In this document: positions 26,314 through 42,003 of the stretch, piece after piece | Position numbering within the stretch: the first letter of the stretch is position 1 | Layout of the letters: each line of letters opens with the position of its first letter | Assembly (NCBI GenBank): GCA_951406725.2 | Contig: OX597832.1 | Coordinates: forward strand, 59,830,001-59,894,000 | Direction: 5' to 3' | Source: Octopus vulgaris | Lineage: Eukaryota | DNA length: 64,000 nt | Position numbers and translations under genes: made by a program | Notes under the pieces: model-generated | Seen by the model: the letters and a program-made list of their open reading frames with translations, nothing else | Database searches by the model: none | Told to the model about the DNA's origin: nothing

Positions 26314-26777
26314 TACATATATATAAATATATGTGTGTATGTATATTTGTGTATGTGTATACAGGTACTTTCATATACAGACATGCAAATATACAGACAT
26401 ACACATGTATGTGTATATGCATCTGTTTCTGTATATAAATATCAATATATACATATATGTATTCTGACCGTGTATGTATATCGATACACATCTGTGTATG
26501 TGTGTATTTGCACGTGAATGTGCATATAAATATAAATATTTCGTTATATCCTTCTGACTTTGTACCTGTGTGCGCCTATGTCTTTATATACTGTATACAT
26601 CTATGCATATGAATATATATATATATATATGTATGTATATGTATATATACCTATATATGTGTGTGTGTATGTATACCGATATATATACACATATACGTAT
26701 ACACATAGATAGACAGAGACATGCGCACACGCATATATAAACACATATAATATAGACACACACATACATACATATAT

Positions 26778-26856
<79 letters not shown>

Positions 26857-27173
26857 TGCATGCACACATCTATATATATATATGTCTGAGCATGCACGAT
26901 TGTGTGACGTTATAAATATAAATAAGCTGGCCTGTTTAAGCGGGAATGTATAAATTTCTATGCATGTAATTTATCATCCATGTTTATGTATGTATATGAG
27001 GATATATATATTCTAGCTGTGGCAAATATTTATTACCCATGAATCTTATATCACCATTTGCCAGCAATCCGTGTGAATATTGATAAAACACGAATATTGA
27101 AACGAATGTAATTATATACACATATACATGTATGTGTTTCTACGCATGTATATGTGAATATTTGCATGCATGA

Positions 27174-27205
<32 letters not shown>

Positions 27206-27305
27206 CTGTGTGTGTGTGTGTGTGTGTACGTGTGTATATGTACATATATATGTATGAGGATTTATGCATATACATAGTTGTATTTGTGTGCTTGTTTGTG
27301 TGTAC

Positions 27306-27350
<45 letters not shown>

Positions 27351-27380
27351 TATTGTGCGTACACACAAACACATACATAT

Positions 27381-27413
<33 letters not shown>

Positions 27414-27450
27414 GATTATGTAAGTATATATATACGCAGTTGTGTGCGTG

Positions 27451-27482
<32 letters not shown>

Positions 27483-27663
27483 AGTGTGTGATTGAGTATT
27501 TTTAGACATGTACACTCACATAGTTTACTCAAGTATGATACTCCGAGTAAGGTATAAACAGTATTACCAACAAGAGTTCTTATACGCTGAAACAGTAAAA
27601 CACGAGTTGATTCCTCTTAGTTATGTTTGAAAGCATAGACGTGCTATACATATATGCACTCAT

Positions 27664-27770
<107 letters not shown>

Positions 27771-27886
27771 AACATACTCATATAAATGTGTATGAATATA
27801 CACATACATGCGCGTATATATATGTTTCTAGATAGGTACGTATCTATGAATGTATGTATATGTTTGTTTGTGTGTGTGTGTGCGTC

Positions 27887-27924
<38 letters not shown>

Positions 27925-28065
27925 TGTGTGTGTGTGTGTGTAAAGAGAGACTGATAGAGATAAATAGGTAGATATATAGATAACTAGATAGAGAGGTAGA
28001 TTTATAGTCAGATAGATAGATGAATATATATATATATATATATAGATAGATAGATAGATAGATAT

Positions 28066-28126
<61 letters not shown>

Positions 28127-28518
28127 CAGACAGATCGACTGACAGAAAGATATATATCGATGTAGATACGTGCACATATAGACATATGTACGTACACAAT
28201 AATTATCATATACGTGTGAGTACGTATGTACATACATATGTATGTACGAGCGTGCGTGCATGCATGTGTGCGTGTGTGTCTGTGTGTGTTTGAGTATATT
28301 CATGAAGTAAGGTATTTCCATATAACTGCTCCTGTTTACATCACTTCAATCGTGCGAATACGCAAAGAAAACTGCAAATGAAAATTTAAAAATAATAAAA
28401 GCCACATAACATGCTATATAAAAGATACACAGCCTCTATATGACTTACGTTGTTACTGCACCCTTATTTACTGACAAATCTCTCTACCGAGTATATATAC
28501 ACATATATACATGCATTG

Positions 28519-28568
<50 letters not shown>

Positions 28569-28591
28569 ATACATATAATCATATACATATA

Positions 28592-28625
<34 letters not shown>

Positions 28626-29653
28626 TATATAGATATAGATATAGACATTTATATATATACACATGTAGATGCATATATGTATGTAGAAAATATATATTTG
28701 CCTTTCAAATTTTACTCTTCCATCATCGCATTTACACGTATTTGTGTGTAAATATATGTAAATATATATATGAAACTATTATTACCGTGGAAGATATTTG
28801 TTATGTAATATATTAGTTATACAATAACCGTTTTCTTTTCAGTTTTTTTTTTTTTTTACGTGTGTATGTGTGTCGTTTTTCTTGGTCGTTTTTCTTAAAT
28901 AGACATTGTAAATACAATTTCTTTGTATAATGGTAATATACAACGAACACACAACGCTGCGGTGCATTCCCTCTATGTGTTATCAATTTTAATATCAACA
29001 CAACTCCGACATCATTTTCCGCCTTCCCCGCTCCTCTTGTACGTATGAACATCCGGATAAATAATATGGTGTCAAAATATCTCACTCTGGTTCTCTAACT
29101 ATGTATTTTTTTTCCTTTATTATTTATCTTCTTTTTTTTTTGTCATCACTCCTGTGCTATGCAGTCTTTCCACCTCTCTACCTCTTCTCCATTATTTGTT
29201 ATAACACTTCCTGAAGCTACTTATTTCTCTGCTCTCTGGCTATGCTTAAAATATTCGTAAAGTCTTTGACAATTCCATATTATTTTCTTCTACGTCTTGC
29301 CTCGACGTTCAGTCAGTTATCGTTCAATGTCTCTATGTAATATCTCTCTCTCCTCTCTCTCCCTCTCTTTCTTTCCTCGCTTTCATTTCTCTCACTCTCT
29401 ACCTCTTTCTCAACATCTATCAACCTCTTTTTCTTTATCTATCTAGCTATCTTTATCTCTGCTTCTTTCCGTCTCTCTGTCCCTGTGTGTGCTTCTCTCT
29501 CTCCCTCTCTCTCAGACTCCGTCCATGTCTCTCTCTGTCTCTTTCATTCTCTCTGTCTCCCTTTCGCTGTTTGTCTGTCTGTCTCTCTCTGTCTCTCTTT
29601 CCCTCTCTCACTCTCTATATCACTCTCTATCCAGGTAAATGTCTGTCTGACAA

Positions 29654-29965
<312 letters not shown>

Positions 29966-31245
29966 TGTCTGTCTACCTCTTCCTCTCTAAAACGCCTCAC
30001 ATTAACCTCGCCGCTCGACACCCGTGAAAAATCTGCATCGTGTGTTAAGGTATAATTCTACCCTTGTTCCACATTCTTGCACGTCAGCCAACACATCCAC
30101 TCATTTAATCCCAGAGTCTATTTAAGCCAACCAGGGAAACTTCTACGCGTGTGTGGACTTGTTAAAAATAGCAGCCAAATCTGCTTTCATTCAAATCCAT
30201 CCTAACGTTTTAAGCAAAGAGGAGAGACGACTGGCTACTGTGATTCTTAGATAGACTCTGTCTTATAAAATATTGGCGTTGTCACAGAATACACAACAGC
30301 ACCAAAAACAACCACTGCTCTGATCTAAGGAAATACATGGGTGATATTAGTAGTGAATCTGAGATATTTTGGTTTAGCTGTTTTGGCGCCGACTACCTGG
30401 CGTTGCTGATGCGACGCTGACCTATTTGACAGTAGACTTTTAATGTTTCTCTTTTTGCTATTTCCCTCTCTCTCTTTCTCCCCTTTCTCCCTCACCTACT
30501 TTCCCCCCTCACCCTCCTCTTCTCTCCCTCCGTCTCCCAACTCTCGTTCACTCAACTCTCCTCTCCCTTCGCCCTCATTCTATGTGTTTATATGTGAGTA
30601 CATATAAACACGTTTGTATGTCTGTGTAATATCTTTCACTCCACTTCTCTCTCTTTCTCTTTCTCTCTCCCTCTCCCCTCTCTCTCTCTCACTCGATCTG
30701 TAACTGTGTACTTCAGAATGCGCATGCGTACGTTTTTTTTTGCCAGCCACGTCAGAGCATATTGACGCCAAACACGTTGAAAGTCAACGGCCAAAAATCT
30801 CCACTCAATTCGACTAACGAAACGTTCGGTTAAAACCTTCCAAGCCGTTGCGATAGCATGGCCGTAGTCCAATGACAGAAAAAAGTGTCAGATGAAAGAT
30901 AAATTACTAAAGAGGCATCGGGGTCCAATTTTTTCACCAATAAATTATTTGTCTTCGAAAAACAAATAATTATAGATATGAAATTAGTGCTAATTACTTA
31001 TTTAAATAGATTTGTTTGTTATTTCGGAGACACAATTGTTTGCCAAGCGACTTGATATGAGATCGTGTCTGATAACTGATACAATTACATTTTATAAGAT
31101 TAATGGCATTTCAAATACACGCATAACCTTTATATTTCATTGTATTTATTATTATAAACTTTTATAATAATCATCATCATCGTTCAGCGGCAGAAGAAAT
31201 GGCTACAATTCTATTTCTTTCATCAAACTTCCATAGTCCTCTCTA

Positions 31246-32028
31246 CGAGGTCTGATCAATAAGTATCCGGACTGTTGCCATAGTAATGACGCTAAAGCAT
31301 GTAGAGGAAAGTTGCTTGGCACAGATTGACCTTGACCTCTGCTGTGCATGTGCACTGAATTTTAACGTTCTAGCTCACTTCCGCTGTTTACAGTAGTGCT
31401 TGGAAGGAAGGTGTGAACCGTGTGATCATCGTATTGACCATGACAGAGAAAGTTGTCATGGCGATACCTGCTCAGTGACCTACGCAAAGTCGTAGAAAGT
31501 GTATAGAGAGGAACGTATGAGCCGCACACAAGTGTACGAGTGGTACAGATGTTTTCAAGATGGCCGAAAATACGTTGATATTGACGAACGTTCTGGGAGA
31601 ACCGCAATCAGCAGAAATGAGAAAAACGTCTCAGATGTGCGTGACTTAGTTACAGTTCAGAGGATGTGCAGATTAGTTACAGTTCAGTTCAGTCCATTAT
31701 TACTGAAGGTTTGGGTATGTGCCAAGTTTGTGCCAAAACTGCTTTCATTTGAGCAAAAAGACACTCGGGTTTCAGTTGCACAAAATCTCCTTGATTGTGT
31801 TGAGAACGATGAACAATTTTTCAAAACCTTACGTAGGCCTCTGAGAGGGTATCGCCAAACTTTTGACGAAACTTAATGCAGATTCACTGCTCAACTTTGC
31901 CATGGTGAACAAGAGGATCACACGCTACACACCTTTCTTCCATGCGCTGCTATAGACAGCGGAATTGAGCTAGAACGTTAAAACTTAATGCGCATGCAAA
32001 CAGAGTTCACAGTCAATTTGTGCCAAGT
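31246..32028 (+). mobile_element. Internally deleted mariner with long inverted repeats; right end lost next to a SINE fragment
   Basis: Starts TA|cgaggtctgatcaataagtatccggac; ~31315-31430 is an inverted repeat of ~31917-32028. Confidence 0.85.
31440..31876 (+). pseudogene. Mariner transposase N-terminal (HTH) remnant, catalytic DDD domain missing
   Basis: MSRTQVYEWYRCFQDGRKYVDIDERSGR and VCAKFVPKLL (equivalent of the WVPHEL motif); stop/frameshift upstream; ends before the DD34D region. Confidence 0.85.
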
Positions 32029-32204
32029 GGATGAAAAAGTCGACATCGGTCGAATTTGTGCTCAGAACGCAAAGACGGATGAAATAACGCTAAGTATTTT
32101 GTCCGACATGGGGATAGAGAAAAGGGGGAAGACAGAGAGAATAAGGAAAAACTAAAAATTCGAAAAGTAAACAAATAAAATATAGTGGGGACACAGGAAA
32201 GAAA

Positions 32205-34158
32205 ATTCACAGCGACGATGCTCTTCTCGGTACATGTGACGTACCCGTTAAGACAATCTTTTGCATTTCCTGCAAGGATGGTAAATCAGGGATCATTCTT
32301 AAATAATTTCCAGTTCCATTTTTGATCATTCCAAGTGCAACTACAATCACTGGTATTGTAACCGCCTTGAGATGCTACATCTTTTCGATTAGCAAATCGT
32401 TATATTTTCTGAGCTTATGAAATTCTTTTTTCCGAAATATTATGGTCACAGGGTATGTTCATGTCAACCAATAAACAGACTTTATTGTTTTGGTCTTTCA
32501 CACCAATATCTGGTTTATATGCTTTGATGGTCCGGTTTGTACATACTGGGATGTCCCAAAGAATCGTTACATTTTCTCCCTCAGTTACAGTCTCAAGGTG
32601 GTATCTGTACCATTTGTCAGCAGTTTTGATTTTATAATGCCGGCACATTATCCGATGTAGTTATTGGCCAACTCTGTCATGTCTTGATTTGCAGTCTACA
32701 GGTGCTAAAATCTTACATCCAGAGATTAGGTAGTCGACTGTTTCCATTCCATCGTTGCTGTATCGGCACTTTGGGTCTACACCATTTTTCAGCACATTGG
32801 CTTGATTGTTCCGGGTCAATAAACTCTGATCTTGAGCAACCAAGATAAAGCCTTCACTCTCTGCCTTTAGCCCGGACCTCTGTAGACACTGATGGATGTG
32901 CTTCTGGCCTACATCAGCTTGTTTGCTACGGGCCACATATTTGCCATGCAGAGGTTTGTGTTCCCACCTATCAGCCAATTGTTCAAACGCATTTTGCTTT
33001 GCTATTGATTTCACCTTCTTTGCAACTACAGTTGCTGCACTTCCATCATGATGTCCAACCTGGGTATTATGCATAAGCTCACTTGAAAATTTTTTGCTTT
33101 CCTTCATAACAGATTGAAGCTTCTTACGTCTTTCATTGTTTTCAACGAGCTTTTTAGCATCCAGTCGTTAGATGTTTCAAGATATTTTGCCAGTCCGATT
33201 ATGGTGAGATTTCAAACTGCTCCTTGAGCTCTGGATAGGTAAAGACGATCTGCGTCTGCCTTTGCATGGTGCATCTCATTGCAGGCCAGCAGCTTACGGA
33301 TTTTCCTGTCAATCTTCCTTATTTCGCTCATATTCCAGTTCAACGCATTCAAACTATAAATAACAACCGGAACTGCTAAGGGCTTTATAGCTAACACCTT
33401 ATTACGTACATTTGACTCGAATTTTCGGACTGCTCAAACTCTTCTGTAACATTACCTCCTGATCTCTTTCATACTTGCATGTGAAATGCCAGAGCCGTCA
33501 TTTATTCCGAGATATTTGTAAGTTTGTTCCTGCTCGAGTTCTTTTATGACTGTGCACAACATCCAACACCACTGAAAGTAAGGTTCTCAATTTCCCTTTC
33601 TTGAAAGTGGCCCTGGTACATTTATCAAGAGCAAATTCCATCCCGATGTTACCACTGAACACTTTCACAGTACGTAGTTGTCCTCCAAGCTCATTTTCGT
33701 CTTTGCCAAAGAGTTTTAAGTCATCCATATAAGACAGATGACTTATTTTTTTGTCGCCAATTGTATATCCATCCCCTGTTCTGTTGAGATCAATTGTAAG
33801 GGGTATTAGGGCTATGCAGAAAATTAAAGGTGAAAATGAGTCACCTTGGAAAATGCCGCAGTTGATATTAATATTTTTTGCGGTCAGTACGCCATTAAAG
33901 TGGTTTAATTGGAGTTTCGTATTCCACATTGACATGTGCTTCAGGAAGCTTGAAATCACAGGAGAAATTTTGAAGATATCCTGTGCTTTCAAGATCCATG
34001 AATGCGGTATGCTGTCGAAGGCCTTTCTATAATCAATCCATGCAGAACTGAGATTTCTGCGTTTGTTATGACAATTCTCAAGGATCATACGATTGATTAA
34101 GAGTTGGTATTTGCATCCATATGATCCTCGTCGGCACCCTTTTTGTTCAGTGAGGAAA
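32205..34158 (-). mobile_element. 5'-truncated R4/Dong-clade non-LTR retrotransposon (RT + zinc knuckle + restriction-like endonuclease), pseudogenised
   Basis: EQKGCRR, WIDYRKAFDSIPH, GIFQGDSFSPLIFCIAL, HLSYMDDLKL, GMEFALDKC, RLYLSR, QDQSLLTRN, CRY...ETVDYLISGC, RHDRV, ILWD, KPDI..LLVDMNIP, QKIVLTGT; several stops and frameshifts. Confidence 0.92.
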
Positions 34159-34239
34159 TCATTATTATTATTATTATCAACATCCTCATAATCATCGTCA
34201 TCATCATCATCGTCGTCGTCGTCGTCGTCGTCATCATTA

Positions 34240-35496
34240 TAGACGTTGCACAGTATACAATATCGTGAGGTTGTTGATTGCAGATATTGTGTCTACCGGG
34301 AGTTTTACTCTTTGTCAAGTCAGAAACAAGGACCGCAGATAGACAGTACTTTATGCAATGTACATGCAGTTCCAAGTAAGCCGACTTTTACAATACACCT
34401 AGATTGTAGGGTATCACTAAGATTTTCAGATGTTTTTTCAGATTGGGTGGTATTGAACCCAATACTCCGATGACAATAGGGACAAACTTTACGTTTGATT
34501 CTCGTAGCTGCCACAGCTTAGCGATCTCAATTCTCAGGTCTCTACTTTTATCAACTTTTTCTTTCTTTCGTATTGATATGTTTATCTCCTGGCATTGCCA
34601 CATCGATAATTAGGCACTATTATTTGTCCCTCTTAAAGGTTACTATGTCCGGCCTTCGGTTCTCTAACACTTTGTCTCTCTGGAAATCCATGTCCCAGAG
34701 GATTTTTGCCTTCCTTTTTTCGTCCATTACCTTTTCCGGTGTATGTTGATACCAAGCACCCGTAACTTACGGCATAGTAGCCAGTGAAGGTTTTGAGCTA
34801 CCTTGCCGTGTCTTTGCTTGTATTCCTTCTGTGCAAAACTTTCACAAGCACTAACAATGTGAGTCACGCTTTCGACCCTCTTCCCATACATTCTGCAGAG
34901 GTCCGGCGCACTTTGTGTGGTATAAAATCCTTTTTACTGAGTTGGTATTCAATGCCTGGTCCTGTGTAGCGATGATTCGTCTTTCAGTATTCTTTTTTAG
35001 GTCACCCTTGTTAAACCGCCTCTATGATGCTTCCTAGTCTTTTAATTTGTTGGTTTCACGGTTGAACAAACCATGTAATTCAATACGGGGTAGAGTTTTT
35101 TCTCTCTCGTTGGCCGTTCTTGATCGGAATTCATGAGCACTCTCAAGTCCATTTTTTGTTAACTCCTTCTTCACTGGCAGCATACTGTAGCAGGTCTTGT
35201 TTCCTTTTTACCAAATATTCTGCCATGTTTCTTCTTTCACTGTTGACGCACTCCCGTACGCTAATCAGCCCACGTCCACTTTTACCTCTCTTCATGTAGA
35301 GCCTGTGCAAATTCAACTTAGGGTAGCGGACACCATACATTGTCATTGTCTTTCGGGTAGTGCGATCGCGCTGGCTAATCCTTGCTTGTGTCAATTTCTG
35401 GATGGATACACTATAGCGGACTAGAGCAACAGCCCATATGTTGATGGCAATCAGAAGGTTCTTTGAGTTGAGTTCTGATTTCAAGAGAAGTTTGAA
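34240..35496 (-). mobile_element. Second, distinct R4/Dong-clade LINE fragment (thumb to endonuclease), pseudogenised
   Basis: LLKSELNSKNLLIAINIWAVALVRYS, HRLYMKRGKSGRGL, CRMYG...HIVSAC, ILWDMDFQ..RRPDIV..CLIIDVAMP, VPIVIGVLG; the 3' end runs into a GAC/GAT/AAT repeat tract. Confidence 0.9.
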
Positions 35497-35744
35497 TTGT
35501 GTGTATATGTGTGAGTGTGTGCGTGTACATGTGATTTGTGCGTGGTTATGCTGTTTGTCTATGAATGCATGCATATGTCGGTATATGTATATACACAATA
35601 TAAATAAAAGTATTACCTTTAATTCGATAAATATATACAGCCTTTTGAGACCACCACATGTTTCAATTGCACCAATTATTAAAGGTAGTAATTGCAACTC
35701 TACAACAGAACGATGCAGTCTCTTCGGGGTATTAAATTGATATC

Positions 35745-35870
35745 TCTCGGTGTCATGCAAAAAACACATTACAGTAAGCGACTCTGTTTTTTCCTTTCTT
35801 TTTCTCGTTCGTAGTATTATGCTCAAGGTGGCTCCGTCATTCACACGTACCATCCTTGCTACATATAGAT
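35745..35870 (-). mobile_element. Tx1/L1-like LINE fragment (ORF2 end + start of 3'UTR)
   Basis: Homologous to 36597-36710; YVARMVRVNDGATLSIIL. Confidence 0.6.
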
Positions 35871-36183
35871 AGATAGATCCATCGACGTGCAACGATTTTT
35901 CTTTTAATAGACTCTGCGTTGTATAATGTAGTCGTCCGTTAAGTCAGAGGCGAACAAATTCAATTTCAAGTTCTTGCTGGATAATCATTTCCACTCCATC
36001 ATTTCGAAACCGTGTATAGTTCAAATGAAAATTATTCATTTATACTTAGATTATGAAAACTGTCTCATATGCACATCTCAATTCTTATTCCTATCTAAAA
36101 TTTTTGCCTGTGAAAATTCCTGTAAAATTCTTCTAAACATAAACCACATCTACTGGTTCCAGGTCTGTCTGGTTTGGCAGTGC

Positions 36184-36222
<39 letters not shown>

Positions 36223-36234
36223 CCCTAATATTTA

Positions 36235-36768
<534 letters not shown>

Positions 36769-37557
36769 GTAAATGTGTATGAGCATATGTGTATGAGCAT
36801 ACGTGTGTGCTTGCGCCCGTGTTTGTGAGTGGGGTTTTCTGCCATTGTGTCTGATATGCACATTTGTTCGACGTATTGAATGTAGGAGTTTAATCGCGTT
36901 TCGCCTGACGGTTGATCAAAACTGTTTGGCACGTTGATCTCAGCAGCTACACAAAACTTGAATGAACTGTCACTTCGCGTTATAATAAACACAACTTTGC
37001 ACTCATTTGTATTTATCGATATCGATATCAGAAAATATATCTACACTACATGGCATGTACACTAGTGTATACATACTTTATAATTCACATGTTATACATA
37101 CAAACGCCCATACATATATAGACATATACATAGACATATACATTTATACACACACATATATATATATATATGTATATATATATGCATATATTTAAATATA
37201 TATACCTGTATATATACGTATATATATGTGTATATCAACATGTATGTATACACTCTCTATTGCTCTCACACACAGGGAAGCAAATATACAGCACGCAAGC
37301 GCACAGACGCACATACAAAACACCACTGATGCATATATTATCGATCCTCAAAGATAACATTCACGTACGATAAAGTATGAACCATTTTCCTGCACCAAAT
37401 TACCCTCTGCTATAAGTTAATTAAAGCTTTCGAACTCTGTGTGTGCATGTGTGCGCGCGAACGTTATTGTATGTGTGTATGCGTATACATACACCTCATT
37501 ACATGTATATATATATACATGCACATGTATATATGCATGTATATATTCGTATATATG

Positions 37558-37633
<76 letters not shown>

Positions 37634-37729
37634 TATATACGCATATATACATGCATATATACATATGTGCATATATAAATTCATATATGTGTGTGTGCGC
37701 GTTTGTGTATGTGTATGATTATACACAGA

Positions 37730-37762
<33 letters not shown>

Positions 37763-38110
37763 GCGTGTGTATGTGTGTGTATGCATACATATATGTATGT
37801 ATGTATGTATGTATGCATGTATCCATTTATGTATGCATATATTTATGTATATATGTATGTATGCATATGCTGCACTAACGTATTTTTACCAATTTTGTGA
37901 CGAAATTGCATAAAATATATTACAATGACAACTGGTAATCGAGAATTCGATATTTTGTGAAGTTCTCTCTATTCTTGTCGTACGTCAAGAAAACGAGACG
38001 AACATAAATTTAAATAGTTAGATACATATGGACACTCGCGAATGCGCGCACTGATACACACACGCATTTACACACACACACATACACACACGCACACACA
38101 TATATATATT

Positions 38111-38169
<59 letters not shown>

Positions 38170-38378
38170 GTATATATATGTATATATATATATATGTATA
38201 TGTATATATATACATATATATATACACGCACACATGCAAACACATGGCACACACGCATACACACGCAAGCATACACAAGCACGCACATCTGTATACACGC
38301 GCATTCACATACATGTTCATATATCATGAACACCCGCGCATGCGTAGGAATATTTATATATATATATATATATTTATT

Positions 38379-38426
<48 letters not shown>

Positions 38427-38681
38427 CACATATAGATAGATAGATTTTTTGAATATATGTATATGCATATGTGTACAGGTATGTATATGAGTGTATATAT
38501 ATACATATATATATATACACATACACAGACGGGTAGATATATATATATGCATATGTATATAGGTATGTATATAAGTGTATATATATATATATATACACAC
38601 ACACAAATACTTACAAGTATATGCATACATACTAATATGCTCATGATCACGACCGCACACACACATACATATACACACACA

Positions 38682-38712
<31 letters not shown>

Positions 38713-39249
38713 TTCATATATATTTCTAGTTTAGTATGTATATTATACAGACTGTATCACTCTCCCGATTTTTAATTCTTTCCCTCTCTCAGTTCCCTTC
38801 TCTCTCTCTCTCCTCTCCTTCTTCCATCTCTCACGTACCCTCTTTACTTCATCTCTGTCTCTCTATCCCCACTACCTCAGTTCTATCTGTTATATATCTG
38901 TTATCGATTTTAAATAGTGGAATTTATATGGGGCTGCGTGTGCGTGCGCGGATGAGTGGGTGCGTGGGTGCGTGGGTGCATGCACAAATAGAGAACATTT
39001 AATTTTCTAAACACGCATTAGTTGTTGCGAATGCGTGGCTGTATACATACGCACACATACATACACACATACACACACTCATGCATACACACACACATAT
39101 GCATACATGTGTGTGTATGTGTGCGTGCCTAATTAGTTATACACATATATAGGTCTATATATAAATGATTATATGTATGTATATATCTATGTCTATTTTT
39201 GTGTTGCATATATTATATATATGCGTATTTATACAAGTATATATATACA

Positions 39250-39296
<47 letters not shown>

Positions 39297-39355
39297 GTAT
39301 ATATATATATACACATATATATAGATAAATAGATTGATAGATAGATACATCGATT

Positions 39356-39390
<35 letters not shown>

Positions 39391-40294
39391 GTGCATATGT
39401 GTGTATGTATGCATATATGTATATATGTATATGCTTGTGTATGTATGTATATATATATACACATACATAACAAATGTACAACATAAGTATATACATACAT
39501 ATATACATGCATGCATATATGCAGGCATACATACATACATACAAACATACAAACATACATCCATACATATATACATACATCCATACATATATACATACAT
39601 ACATACATACATACATACATGCATACATACATACTCACACACACGATCTGAAATCCATATAACATACATATACATCGAGTCGAGGCGCCATTATCATCCG
39701 CACATTGACGTTGTCACAGCAATAAGCACGCTATTTAATAAAGATTGTTGAAGTCATCGACGAAAGAAACCATGTAAGTTTTCTTGTCTTTCATCTTTCT
39801 TGTAATAATATCAGGTGAGATATTTATCAGAGCATTTCGTCTTTCTTTTCCTTCTCGATTCCATCTGATTCCTTTGAGGTTCGGTAGAGTCTCTCTTTGC
39901 AACACGACAACCATATAGAATTAATGTATATGGCGAAAACGTTTCGCTATGGTTCGTGTGTTGGTCTCTAGAGAAAATGCTTAGCACATAGACTTCGCAG
40001 TTCTTACCAAATTGAGGATGAAGATAACGACACACGAGCGTTTAATGGTAATTAGTTCTTAGTAAGGGATCTCGTAGGGGTTCTAGTTGTTATTGCCTTT
40101 GTCGTTATTATTGTTGCTGTTGTTGTTGTTGTGGGTTGTTTTTTTTGTTGTTGTTGTCGTTGTTGATGTTAGTTTAACTTCAGGTCGATCTGAACGAGCA
40201 GCCTCACAATCAAACACGTTCCAGTGATGACCATTCCGCCATTATATTAGCAGGGATATTCCACTTTGAATTGAATGTTTACTTAATGTCAAGT

Positions 40295-41460
40295 CGGCGA
40301 GCTGGCCGAATCTTTAGCTTACCGGACGAAATGCTTAATGCCATTTCGTCCGTCTTTACCAAGTCGACTCTGCCTTTCCTCCTCTCAAGGTCAATCAAAT
40401 AATTTTGCCAGTCGAGTACCTTGGTCGATGTTAACGACTAGCTCCTCCCCTACAAAAAAAATTTCAGGCTTTGTGCCCTATAAAATGAAGGATTAGTATC
40501 TAATTTCAAAAGACGAACTGGTGAAACCTTCAACGCGTCGAACAAAATATCTCTTGGCATTTCTTCCAGTATTTTAGCTTTGAGCTCAAATTGCCGCCAA
40601 AATGTCCCGGCCTTGTGCTCAAACTACAAAGACTCACTATTATTGTTTTTATGTCAGCGATCTGTCACAATCGTTCGTGCGCCCTACAAATTATTTAGCG
40701 ACATTTCTTCAGGTTCCTTATATTCTCGATCCTGTGGTTGTACAGGCTCCACACGGCGGTTGAGGTAATAGACAAGAACCCCACTCTACAAATTTTAGGC
40801 CTTGTGTCTATAGAAGAAATGGTTATTCTTATCGATAAGACGGCGACCTGGAAGAATCTTTAGTGTGTCCGGCAAAATGTTTGTCCTCATTCCGTCCGTC
40901 TCGTTACGTTCCCTGTTCGAATCCCGTTGAGGTCAACATTGCCTTTTATCATTTTGGAGTTGATTAAATAAAGTACGAGTGAGGCATGAGGCGAGATGTA
41001 ACCGAGCTGCCTTCCCCTGCAAACAATACTGATCGTGTGCCAAAATTTGATGTCATTATTATCAAACAAGAAGGCGGCAAGCTGGCAGGATCATTAGATT
41101 GTCGAACAAAATGTTAATCGGCATCTCTTCCGAATGTTTACGTTCTCAGTTAAAATTCTGTCGAGCTCGACTTTGCCTGTAATCCTTTCGAGGTCGATAA
41201 ATCAAGTACTAGGACTAGTTGAACGCTGGAGGGGTCGATGTAATCGACTACCCCACTTCCCTCAAAATTTCGTGCCTTTTTCCAGTAGTAGAAAGCATTA
41301 TCATGAAATATCACGGGAAGCTGGCGGAATGGTTAGCACGACGGAAAATATACTAAACAGCATTCCTTCCGCATTTACGTTCTGAGTTCAAATTCCGGCG
41401 GGGTCAACTTTGCCTTTCATTTTTTTGTGTCGAGAAAATAAAGTACTAGTTGAATACTGA
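40295..41460 (+). mobile_element. Head-to-tail array of about six old SINE family 1 copies
   Basis: Degenerate heads at ~40295, 40510, 40655, 40838, 41071 and 41313, all on +. Confidence 0.75.
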
Positions 41461-41705
41461 CTGTGTCATATTATAAGATATTACATGTGGTCCATGCATA
41501 CCACGTCAGATAAAGCCGATGAAAACAATATTGTTTTCTTTTTCTTTGTCTGACGATTTATTTACGTTCAGGATGTATTCACACTCTGTGGTGTCGAAAC
41601 GATCGTAATGAACGAATAAAAGTAATACAAATACTCGATTCTTGATTTCACTCACCGTTTTCCACTCTCCTTCCCTCTTCTCCTCCCTTTCTTCTCTCTC
41701 TCACG

Positions 41706-41787
<82 letters not shown>

Positions 41788-41820
41788 ATGTGTGTGTGTG
41801 TGTGTGTATGAGTATATACA

Positions 41821-41873
<53 letters not shown>

Positions 41874-41879
41874 CCAGTA

Positions 41880-42003
41880 ATCTGTGTGGTAAGAAGCTAG
41901 CTTCCCAACTACCTAGTTCCGTCCGACTTCAGTCCCACTGCGTGTCTTCTACACCCTCGGGCCGACCAAGGCCTTGTGAGTGGATTTAGTAGATGAAAAC
42001 GAT
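41880..42003 (+). mobile_element. SINE family 4, 5' module (partial)
   Basis: ctgtgtggtaagaagctagcttcccaact...cctcgggccgaccaaggccttgtgagtggattt. Confidence 0.8.

Noticed and set aside
33498-34088. RT ORF as an active or domesticated gene, or a bacterial retron/group II intron
   Set aside because: Embedded in a frameshifted, 5'-truncated non-LTR element with zinc-knuckle and REL domains.
39721-39774. Exon-like segment between cacag| and |gtaagt on +
   Set aside because: Stops in all three frames; could only be a UTR or non-coding exon and cannot be supported without RNA data.
41563-41615. Hammerhead motif (cgttca...GAAAcgatcgTA-atgaacg)
   Set aside because: Stems I and III are visible but the CUGA box is deleted; dead remnant.
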